IMG/VR virus record: IMGVR_UViG_3300033802_000463
Location: 32,001-96,000 of that record
Length of the DNA stretch: 64,000 bases
Source of the DNA: a virus
Strand: one strand, 5' to 3'
Each line of letters starts with the position of its first letter. The first letter of the stretch is position 1. The notes beneath the pieces were generated by a model. That model ran no database searches. It worked only from the letters and a program-made list of their open reading frames with translations, and had not been told where the DNA came from. Below, one piece after another: positions 56,402 to 64,000 of the stretch. Made by a program: the position numbers and the translations under genes.

Positions 56402-58494
56402 CAGGAAGTACCTCCCTTTAGTGTATTGGTGCCAATTTTGAATTTACCAAGCGGCCATCCTGTATCCGACATTTCACCAAGGGCGTACAAGACCCGCTCC
56501 TTGCCGTTCAACTCATACTTGTCTTTAATATCGGACAACATCAGAATGTCGCATGATTCCTGTTTATCTCGACCATAACTGTCCTTTGGATGGGGCAGAT
56601 ATGTCGGTGAAACATTTCGAGAAAACGTCATCTGCAAATATTCAGATGGTGAGGAAACCAGATCGAAATGCTTTTCAATTCGCTCTTCCGGACCAATATC
56701 AAAATAGTCATAGAGGCTGGATATGAGATCAAGACGACCAGACACGCTATCGAAAGATTCAAATGTCAATTCATCCAGCATCTGCTTTTGAGTCCAGGGG
56801 CGGATATACAGCAAATCATCCAATTTCATATTAAGATGATCCGACAATGATTGGGTAAGTGTCGGGGAAATATTCAGGATTTCACCATTTAACAACGAAA
56901 GCACTTCGTTCTTGCTCGGAGAAAAATCCGGCAGCAAGTCGGTTTCATCTTGCAAATCGAACGCGATATCTTCTTTTTGATCTGCAAAAATCGCGTTATA
57001 ATGCGCAGCAAATTGCTCTCCCATGAGCGATATGCAATCAAAGTATTCAATCCAATGATTGTTGATATAAAGCGCAGTCCGATCTGTCACCAAACGGATC
57101 AGTTCATCGATGAGCTCGATTTCATAGGAGCGGCGAAGATGCACATCATTCAAGAGCAACGTCTTGACCATATCACGAACCAGCAGGGTTCTGAATATGC
57201 CATCTTCTGATTCCAAATCATACTCCACAACAGCATCATCAACTTGAACCTTGTCTCTGGTATCATCAAGATCGATGGTAATTTCGGCCAGCCGCTGATC
57301 CACGATCAGGTGCGGCACATACAAATCCTTCATGATCATGCGAAGGAATTTGGAAATTTCCTCAGATGGATGAACCTCTAAGGTTTCGCTGACAAGCTTT
57401 TTGAATAAAAGCAGCGATTGCCGCAAAGAGCTGATCATCTGGTAATCCATCGATTCACGAGCCACGGGTTCTGCTATTAATTGTACCGTACTGGTTGCGT
57501 TAAGGAAAAAGCGATCTTCAGGCATTAAGGTATAGGAGTGACGCAAGAGTTCTCCTTTTATATCGAAATTGTAATGCCCTTCTAAATAAATCTGCTGATT
57601 TTCCTCATTATCTAAGAAGACTTCAATCTTGGTCGATTGAACAACCTTCTCTATGGCTTCTTCCAGATAATGCTGAACAAGAAGACCTGCCAAGTCACTG
57701 AGGCTCTGCGTAAACACATCCTGCCTTTGATACCTTTTGAGAATATTCGAGTCTTCGTTTATTGTTGTGCAAAGCATTTCCTTAAATGATTCATGGAGCT
57801 TCGAGCTTATATGTTGCATCATCCCTTCAATGCGTGCAACAAACTTCTCGTCTACTCCGGGTATCGCTTGATTGCTTGTTGTTTTAATCTGCTCTTGTAA
57901 ATAATGCTCAACTTGCTCAAGCGAATCCAGTCCCAATGCATACAGAGGCGACCCCTCTTGGAACAAGATTGCATGAAAGGAATCCTGCACAAGCGTTGTC
58001 AAAAAAGTTTCCAGCTCGTCATCATATACCATTGCTGCCAAATCCAGAATATCATGCAGCAGCTGGAAGATTTCGAGGCGATTTTCTCGATCGCGAAGCT
58101 CGGAATACACCCAATCCGTATACCAGCCTTGTTTCGTGACGCCGCGAACCCGGTACTGATTATGATCTTGAATCAGATCCGCATAATCCTGATGATGCAT
58201 GGTGAGCCAGTATGATTCGGACACGCCATCAATGGACTCACTTAACACTGCTTTAATTCGGAATCGTTTCCCATCAACATTCTCAATCGGAATGCCTGTT
58301 TCAACAGCCCTCCGGATAACCGTACTCAATGTTTTTAGATTTTTACCCTTAGCCCGGATCCGATAGGTGCCAACCGTTCCAGGAAAGACAACTTGCCGAT
58401 AGAGACGATCATCGGATTGATCCTTGAAATCAACAGGGAAAGGCACGGCTCTTGCTGTCGCGCTTGCCGCTATGGACAGTTTTGACTCAAGCAT
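56401..58494 (-). CDS. Hypothetical acidic protein (697 aa)
   Basis: Long ORF coupled to the downstream gene by a TGATG overlap. No recognised motif. Confidence 0.65.
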   Translation of the reverse strand: MLESKLSIAASATARAVPFPVDFKDQSDDRLYRQVVFPGTVGTYRIRAKGKNLKTLSTVIRRAVETGIPIENVDGKRFRIKAVLSESIDGVSESYWLTMHHQDYADLIQDHNQYRVRGVTKQGWYTDWVYSELRDRENRLEIFQLLHDILDLAAMVYDDELETFLTTLVQDSFHAILFQEGSPLYALGLDSLEQVEHYLQEQIKTTSNQAIPGVDEKFVARIEGMMQHISSKLHESFKEMLCTTINEDSNILKRYQRQDVFTQSLSDLAGLLVQHYLEEAIEKVVQSTKIEVFLDNEENQQIYLEGHYNFDIKGELLRHSYTLMPEDRFFLNATSTVQLIAEPVARESMDYQMISSLRQSLLLFKKLVSETLEVHPSEEISKFLRMIMKDLYVPHLIVDQRLAEITIDLDDTRDKVQVDDAVVEYDLESEDGIFRTLLVRDMVKTLLLNDVHLRRSYEIELIDELIRLVTDRTALYINNHWIEYFDCISLMGEQFAAHYNAIFADQKEDIAFDLQDETDLLPDFSPSKNEVLSLLNGEILNISPTLTQSLSDHLNMKLDDLLYIRPWTQKQMLDELTFESFDSVSGRLDLISSLYDYFDIGPEERIEKHFDLVSSPSEYLQMTFSRNVSPTYLPHPKDSYGRDKQESCDILMLSDIKDKYELNGKERVLYALGEMSDTGWPLGKFKIGTNTLKGGTS

Positions 58495-58517
58495 AGCGAT
58501 CCCTGCCTTTCACCGGA

Positions 58518-59063
58518 TTATTGTTTGCGCCCACGTCTGCTGCTCTTTTTCACTTCTTCTTGGGAATCTTCTTCATTTTCTTCTTGTTCTGCAAAGTCAT
58601 TTGCTTCTTGTTCTGCAAAGTCATTTGCTTCTTGTTCTGGGTTTTCTTCAGCGCCTACATCTGACGACTGATTTTCCAGGTCCAAAGCAAGTTCAGCGTC
58701 ACCAACAGATTGCGGCGTAATCGCATCAGCAGGATTTGTTTTCACTTGACCGAAACCTTGCGAGCTCACGTCTGACACCGGTGGCCTTTCGATTCCTGCA
58801 ATATGGTCAGCTCTTGCCTTAGCCTGCCGGCCAGCAAGGTCAAATTTCGCCTTATATGCATCAACAGCCGCTTGCGGCAATTCACCTTCATAAAGTTTGA
58901 GCGCCGGAGCAGATCCCAAAATAGCATGCGCAATCCCCGAGAGATCGGTGCTTCCATCAAAACGGATCACTTGAACCGGATTGCTTGGCGTAATGTAGGT
59001 GTTTGTTTTTGGATCATAATAGCTTCCAGATGGCGAAGACAATCCAACTTTGATTTCAGGCAT
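58518..59063 (-). CDS. Hypothetical protein with acidic low-complexity C-terminus
   Basis: AAGGAGG RBS. First gene after the capsid terminator. Confidence 0.7.
   Translation of the reverse strand: MPEIKVGLSSPSGSYYDPKTNTYITPSNPVQVIRFDGSTDLSGIAHAILGSAPALKLYEGELPQAAVDAYKAKFDLAGRQAKARADHIAGIERPPVSDVSSQGFGQVKTNPADAITPQSVGDAELALDLENQSSDVGAEENPEQEANDFAEQEANDFAEQEENEEDSQEEVKKSSRRGRKQ
58580..58639. repeat. 24-bp tandem repeat, 2.5 copies (EQEANDFA)
   Basis: CTTCTTGTTCTGCAAAGTCATTTG twice plus a 12-nt partial copy. Confidence 0.9.
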
Positions 59064-59096
59064 GGTAGTATCCTCCTTTAATCATGATCAACATTA

Positions 59097-59133
59097 GAAA
59101 AGGCAGGCGAACAGACATCTATTCGCCCGCCTT
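59097..59133 (-). terminator. Intrinsic terminator after the major capsid gene
   Basis: AAGGCGGGCGAATAGA-TG-TCTGTTCGCCTGCCTT followed by TTCT. Confidence 0.75.
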
Positions 59134-59149
59134 GAGATCAAGAGCAGTA

Positions 59150-60235
59150 TTAAGATACGATCTTCATGCGATCCGGTTGCGGATAAGACTTCGCAAACGC
59201 CAGGTTGCGGGCTGTTGCAACAGCTTTTCCTTCATTCAGGATGCCGATGCCGTAGCGCTCTTTTACTTTGATCGTTTGGATGTCGCGCGTCGGATCGTCA
59301 AACTGCTCGGTCGAAAGCGGATCTTTCACAAGCAGAATGCCGATATTGTTGCGGTCAACAACGTACATGTCGAATTTCTTGGTTTCAAAGTTGAACGGCG
59401 CAAACGGCGTGAAATTGATATTGATCGCAAATGGGATGCGTCCTTGAACCTGCTCCGGATTGATTTGCAGATTCGTAATTTGGCTGCCGCCAAGAGCTGC
59501 ATAGCTCAGCGAGCTGATCAAATCGTTCTTGAAGAACACGCTCCAGGTCAGCGGATGCATGATGATGTCGCTTGGCGTGAAGCCATTGGCCATAACTGCA
59601 ATGAACAGGTCGATCAAATCTTCCGTGCTCATCGTGTTATTGAAGTTGCCGTCGATATCGCAGCCGGTCGTACCTGCTTCCGGATATTTCTGACGGATAT
59701 CGTTGTCAAATACGATATGTCCGTGCTTGGAGAACTGGATAAAGATCTTCTCCTCTTTCAAGCGCGCCATCGCTTCCCCGGCTTTGCGAACCAAGATCCC
59801 GATTACGTCCCATTGCGAATCGTTGATCATTTCATCCGTAACCCGGACGACCATACCGGACTTGCCAACCTTCACCTCTTGCGTCCGATGCAGTTGGAAG
59901 TCCACCGTTTCTTCAAGGTACGATTGGCTTTCACCAATATCATGCGCCCGCATCGCGCCGATGGATGGGAACTCAATGGAGCGGCCTTCCGTGAGCCGTA
60001 CCGTTTGCAGAAGCTGCGTGCCGATATACATCGGTTCTGCCGCCTCGCGCATCATTCCGGTAATAACACGCGGGATCAAGATGGAAGCGTCCTGGGTTGT
60101 CAGAGCTTCTTTTACGGTCACCAGTTCATTTTTTGGAATTTGTGTCCAGTCTTCAGAAAGATTCAACTGGCGCTGCATGCGCTTAAGGACATTCATGGAT
60201 TGTTCGCTAAGTTTCAGATCATTTACATTAATCAT
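59150..60235 (-). CDS. Major capsid protein (HK97-like fold)
   Basis: LIPRVI....REAAEP, K.G..V.VTDEMINDSQWDVI......G.AMAR..E, P.DIIMHP..W, KERYG.GIL. Followed by a terminator. Confidence 0.88.
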   Translation of the reverse strand: MINVNDLKLSEQSMNVLKRMQRQLNLSEDWTQIPKNELVTVKEALTTQDASILIPRVITGMMREAAEPMYIGTQLLQTVRLTEGRSIEFPSIGAMRAHDIGESQSYLEETVDFQLHRTQEVKVGKSGMVVRVTDEMINDSQWDVIGILVRKAGEAMARLKEEKIFIQFSKHGHIVFDNDIRQKYPEAGTTGCDIDGNFNNTMSTEDLIDLFIAVMANGFTPSDIIMHPLTWSVFFKNDLISSLSYAALGGSQITNLQINPEQVQGRIPFAININFTPFAPFNFETKKFDMYVVDRNNIGILLVKDPLSTEQFDDPTRDIQTIKVKERYGIGILNEGKAVATARNLAFAKSYPQPDRMKIVS

Positions 60236-60257
60236 GGCTCCTCAGACCTCCCTTTCT

Positions 60258-61490
60258 TTATTTTTGAAGCAGGATGCGAACGGCACCTACGGAGCCTTTC
60301 CAATCCCAGTTGGTTGGTACGCCTGGAATTTGTCCCGTCGCTTTGAACGTAGCCTTGATGTCAACCGGAGCCGAACCAGACGAGTTGTCATAGTTCACAA
60401 CAACAAGACCCGTTTCATAGTCCACATAGGCCGGCTGGATCGGAGTTCCGTTTGCGGTCAGCGTCAAGGAACCTTCAACAATCGGCACTTGCCAGATGCG
60501 GAAATCATGGCGACCAGATTGACCTGGCTGAACGGTGCCGATGACAATATCGGTGAACGGTACTTCGATATTGGCGCCGTTGGTCAAACCAGGAATAGCG
60601 CGAGGGAAGTATTTCGCACCTTCCATATTTCGGTACGTTTTTTCATATGGATAGCCCGGGAATCCATCTTGCGCGCCGATGTCCTGCGGGCGGAAGCCGC
60701 TGTTGTTGATCCATCTGTCATCTTGCCGCATGTCTTCCATGGACCAAGTAACCCATTTCAACCAGCCTTGCGGAGGCAGATTCGTTTCAACGGACCATAC
60801 TTGGCCGATGACTTGTTCCTGCAAACGGCCGAGCTCTTTGACCAGCTTGTTGTATTCAACCAGGTCGCCGGCTGCTGCGGCAGCGTCAAGCTGTGCATAG
60901 ATTTTCTCAAACGGTGCTTTGATAAAGCGGCCGTTTTCGTCGGACATTACAAAGTCGCCGTTTTTCACAGGGTCGCTCAAATCGTAGTCGTAGAAGCTGC
61001 CCCATTCGATTTCTTCTGCGTCTTCTTTTTTCGGAATGTACGGCAGCTCGATGTAAATTTCATTCTCGATGGTCGGCTGCATGCCGTTGAAGCCATCGAC
61101 AAATTCCTCATACAAGTTGCCGTAAGCCACCCCAATAGCCCTGTTCGCCTTGCGAACGTGCTGCGTGCCGTCTTTTCCGATTTCGGTTACATCCTTGCCG
61201 CCATTGGCCAGGGTAAGAACCGGACGCTTTACATTGCCGTCAAAATCATGCATCACACCGTCTTGGTTTTCACCGAAATTATCGGTCGCCGGCGCCACGA
61301 TGCGTCCCTTTGGAATGACTACCCAGCCATCGCCGCCGAAGTGGTAACGGAACAAACGTTTCAGCCGCGGGTCAACCAGGAATTTTTCACCTGGGGAATC
61401 GTGCGTACCAGCTTGAAGCTTGGTATTTGTGCGCATATATTGGTCTGGGGTCGATTTAATTGGACCGGCAATACCACGAAATAGTGCCAT
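60258..61490 (-). CDS. Capsid-associated/decoration-like protein (410 aa)
   Basis: Lies between the protease/scaffold and capsid genes. VVIPKGRIV, AIGVA, GDFV.SD.NG.F, QVIGQV are beta-tulip-like motifs. Confidence 0.6.
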   Translation of the reverse strand: MALFRGIAGPIKSTPDQYMRTNTKLQAGTHDSPGEKFLVDPRLKRLFRYHFGGDGWVVIPKGRIVAPATDNFGENQDGVMHDFDGNVKRPVLTLANGGKDVTEIGKDGTQHVRKANRAIGVAYGNLYEEFVDGFNGMQPTIENEIYIELPYIPKKEDAEEIEWGSFYDYDLSDPVKNGDFVMSDENGRFIKAPFEKIYAQLDAAAAAGDLVEYNKLVKELGRLQEQVIGQVWSVETNLPPQGWLKWVTWSMEDMRQDDRWINNSGFRPQDIGAQDGFPGYPYEKTYRNMEGAKYFPRAIPGLTNGANIEVPFTDIVIGTVQPGQSGRHDFRIWQVPIVEGSLTLTANGTPIQPAYVDYETGLVVVNYDNSSGSAPVDIKATFKATGQIPGVPTNWDWKGSVGAVRILLQK

Positions 61491-61517
61491 TTGAACTCAC
61501 TCCTCATTCAAAATGTG

Positions 61518-63011
61518 TTATTTTCTTTTTCTTTTGCTGCTGAACATGCTGGAGATGATGCTTTCAGCTTCGGCTACCGTGTAGGTTTTGTCGTTTTCGT
61601 TTTCCTCGCCGGACCAACCAGGATTTGTGACACTTCCTGGCGCCGGACGCTGGCTTTTCATTTCCAGCTGCAGATCTGCGAGTGTATTTTCGAGCGACTC
61701 TTTTGTACGCTCCGCATGAGCCGCAATTGCCGCTTCACGCTCAACGCCAATCACATCCGGTTTGTTCAAGCTTCGCTTGAGATCAACCACTTTTTCCGCC
61801 AAGTTGCGATGGAGTTTTGCAAGCAGTTCAGCATTTTCAGCCAACAGCCGCTGTGTTTCTTGCTCTGCAGTCGAGACGCGCGTCGCCAGACGTTGGTTTT
61901 CCATTACCAGGTTGGTAATCGTCCCTTGCATCTCGGTGACCTTTGTGCGAAGCGCAGTCAGGTCATTTTCTTGAACAGATGTCGCAGGAGGCGTTGCTGC
62001 AGGTTCAGCCGGATTTGCCGGTGATTGTTGCCCTTCTTGCACAACAGGAGGTTCACCTTCCTGCTCCGGAGGCGCAGACTGTTGCTGCTGTCCTTCCTGA
62101 ACAGGCGTTTCAGTCGGATTGTTTGCAGGCACCGGGGGTTCAGGAGCTTGTTGTCCTTCTTGAACCGGTACTTGCTGATTTTGATTTTCAGGTTCAGGGT
62201 CCATCTTTGGATCGCTCCTTTCTGCGGTCACAAGACCTGTGATGAGTCGCCTTACATTTTCATTCAGCTGATGATACAGATTCACATCAGGCTGGCGTAT
62301 ATTTTGAAACAGCCCTTCGGCGATTTGGTAAATCTCCATATACGCCGATTCATTCGAGCTGGAAGGTTGCTGGTTGTCGCCTTCAACAACAGACACGCTG
62401 ATGTTTCCAGCATCTTGGTCTGCGGGTACATTCACATAAGAGACTTCGCGCCCATAAGTGGTTCCAATAATGAAATGTGCGGTTTGTCCATCGTATTCTT
62501 CCCCTGGATAGTGATCACACCACTCTTGAGTGCGGTCTGTACCGCAAATGTTACACGTTACTTTATCCGTCGTAGCCCCAATTGAGACGGTTTGGTAACG
62601 CCCATCGAGCACCTTCTCGATGGCCTCGGGATCCGTAATCTCACATGTGAATACCAGACCTGCCCGGCCGGATTTTGTTGTTTCATGAAATTCAGCCTTC
62701 AGAATGCGGCCGATCGGCTCTCCGAAATAATCGTTATGATGGGTGAGAACCGGTTTATTGTACGGCGTCGTCCAACTGGTAAGTCCTGCACTTAGCCCCT
62801 CTTTCGTGTAGTACGTGTAGTTGGCCGTCCGTCCAACGTGAATCGCCTCCATCTGAACGATCAGCTTCCGTTTGCCGGCGTTTTTCGCCGATTCATTCAG
62901 CTGCTGGACAGCTTCCTTCGAGAGCTTCGGAATGGAGCATACATACTCGGTGACGCTTCTCGGGACCAGCTTCCTGGATTGATGCTCTGCAAGAGAATAC
63001 AAGTGCTTCAA
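61518..63011 (-). CDS. Prohead protease-scaffold fusion
   Basis: KPVLTHH...PIGRI, EKVLDGRYQTVSIG, C.ICG, EVSYVNVPAD, followed by a Pro/Gln/Glu-rich linker (VQEGQQ repeats) and a coiled coil. Confidence 0.85.
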   Translation of the reverse strand: MKHLYSLAEHQSRKLVPRSVTEYVCSIPKLSKEAVQQLNESAKNAGKRKLIVQMEAIHVGRTANYTYYTKEGLSAGLTSWTTPYNKPVLTHHNDYFGEPIGRILKAEFHETTKSGRAGLVFTCEITDPEAIEKVLDGRYQTVSIGATTDKVTCNICGTDRTQEWCDHYPGEEYDGQTAHFIIGTTYGREVSYVNVPADQDAGNISVSVVEGDNQQPSSSNESAYMEIYQIAEGLFQNIRQPDVNLYHQLNENVRRLITGLVTAERSDPKMDPEPENQNQQVPVQEGQQAPEPPVPANNPTETPVQEGQQQQSAPPEQEGEPPVVQEGQQSPANPAEPAATPPATSVQENDLTALRTKVTEMQGTITNLVMENQRLATRVSTAEQETQRLLAENAELLAKLHRNLAEKVVDLKRSLNKPDVIGVEREAAIAAHAERTKESLENTLADLQLEMKSQRPAPGSVTNPGWSGEENENDKTYTVAEAESIISSMFSSKRKRK

Positions 63012-63026
63012 AACAGTTCACCTCCT

Positions 63027-64000
63027 TCAATCATGGCGCCCAATCTCCTTTTCATCTGATAAAGCTTCATCCGAATGGATCGTCAGATCGCACTCGCAGT
63101 TTGTATGAAACGGCGGAATCTGATGAAACAGGATGGCTTCATCAATTTTGCCGGGATTGGATATATCAATCGGGATCTTCGATTTTTCGTGACAATGCAT
63201 GCATTCGCTTGCGGAAGCCTTCGGATATAACGTGGTTTCCCCGTAACGAATCATTGCCAGTGCATACCCGTAATGATGGGTCTTCATCAAAATCGATTTG
63301 GAGATCGATGCAAGCCGATGCCTGATCGACTGGAACGCGCCTTTCACAGCCAATATGGAATCAAGGAGATTATCTGTTCCTTCAAGTCGCTTAACCAGAA
63401 GTTCATGAAGGTTTTTTTCGATGAGATCAATCGAGTTCATCGCTGATTCGTTAATCAAACGCAGTGCCATCGAAGCATCGATCGCTGCGAGCTTTGTTCG
63501 TCTCGCATCTTCCATTGCCCGATGAACGCCAGTTTGCAAGATGGAATATGCTTCTTTTTGGATCAGCTGCTTCATGCGATCTTTTCCGAAGTAGATCGAA
63601 GATACCATTTGCTTCACGTTGTGAAGCGGGAACGCTTTTCGTTCACTGTAGCGTTTAAGCTCTTGAATCACATCGGTTTCCATTTGCTGATAGATGGATT
63701 CCAATGCGTTGGTCAGATCAGTGATACTCTGCCTTGGAATCTTATCCAAGGCGGATTCTTTGAGACTTTCAAGAACAATCGATTCTGTACTTCGTTTTGG
63801 ACCTGATCGCTTGCCATGCTGATTCTCTGGCTGCTGCTTGTTATTGGTTTCACTATTTCCGGCTTCGGTAGTTTTGGCGCCGGCCAGAAGCTTTGGAATC
63901 TCGATCATATTCAGATATAGGCGAGATTCATCGACTACCGGTTCCATCGACATGTTCTTGCGTGTTTCTTCGAAGGTCTGAATATTGTGCTCGAACTTGT
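63027..64000 (-). CDS. C-terminal part of portal protein fused to a Mu gpF/SPP1 gp7-like head morphogenesis domain (5' end outside window)
   Basis: Frame is open to the edge: KFEHNIQTFEETRKNMSMEPV resembles the portal C-terminal T..E.R.....P motif. C-terminal C..C...IPPFHTNCEC is gpF-like. Confidence 0.65.
   Translation of the reverse strand, partial: KFEHNIQTFEETRKNMSMEPVVDESRLYLNMIEIPKLLAGAKTTEAGNSETNNKQQPENQHGKRSGPKRSTESIVLESLKESALDKIPRQSITDLTNALESIYQQMETDVIQELKRYSERKAFPLHNVKQMVSSIYFGKDRMKQLIQKEAYSILQTGVHRAMEDARRTKLAAIDASMALRLINESAMNSIDLIEKNLHELLVKRLEGTDNLLDSILAVKGAFQSIRHRLASISKSILMKTHHYGYALAMIRYGETTLYPKASASECMHCHEKSKIPIDISNPGKIDEAILFHQIPPFHTNCECDLTIHSDEALSDEKEIGRHD

Larger units (their letters stand above)
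1..64000 (-). mobile_element. Large myovirus-type phage/prophage structural (head-neck-tail-baseplate) region, extending beyond both window edges
   Basis: All credible genes are co-oriented on the minus strand in canonical order: portal, protease, capsid, neck, sheath, tube, chaperones, tape-measure slot, hub/lysin, baseplate, receptor-binding proteins. No host housekeeping genes and no att sites or integrase are seen. Confidence 0.93.

Noticed and set aside
58580-58639. Short direct repeats as a CRISPR array
   Set aside because: Contiguous in-frame 24-bp coding tandem repeat with no spacers and no cas genes.
30-63806. Numerous + strand ORFs (e.g. 3162..4085, 45182..46498, 59084..60346, 59703..61484)
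   Set aside because: They lie antisense to long, motif-bearing minus-strand genes and have no recognisable domains. They are best explained as codon-bias shadows.

Overview
The window is one continuous minus-strand virion-morphogenesis region of a large contractile-tailed (myovirus-type) phage or prophage. The host is probably a Bacillota (inferred from strong GGAGG RBSs and SigA-like promoters). From right to left it encodes: portal C-terminus (truncated), prohead protease/scaffold, a capsid-associated protein, major capsid protein, neck proteins, two sheath paralogs, three tube-like paralogs, two tail chaperones, three giant proteins (1969, 2330 and 2120 aa), baseplate genes, an AT-rich modular receptor-binding cassette, and a >1900-aa structural protein running off the left edge. 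Two systems stand out. (1) The 2330-aa gene sits at the tape-measure position but carries, in collinear order, motifs of both the beta and beta' subunits of two-barrel RNA polymerases (including RYPT...ADSDGD). It is fused to an N-terminal DEDDh 3'-5' exonuclease, making it a candidate virion-delivered single-chain RNA polymerase-exonuclease. (2) A compact diversity-generating retroelement (target gene VR - TR - reverse transcriptase) has TR/VR differences only at TR adenines and no recognisable avd gene. All functional calls come from motif recognition by eye and synteny; no database searches were run. Long + strand ORFs are treated as antisense shadows.
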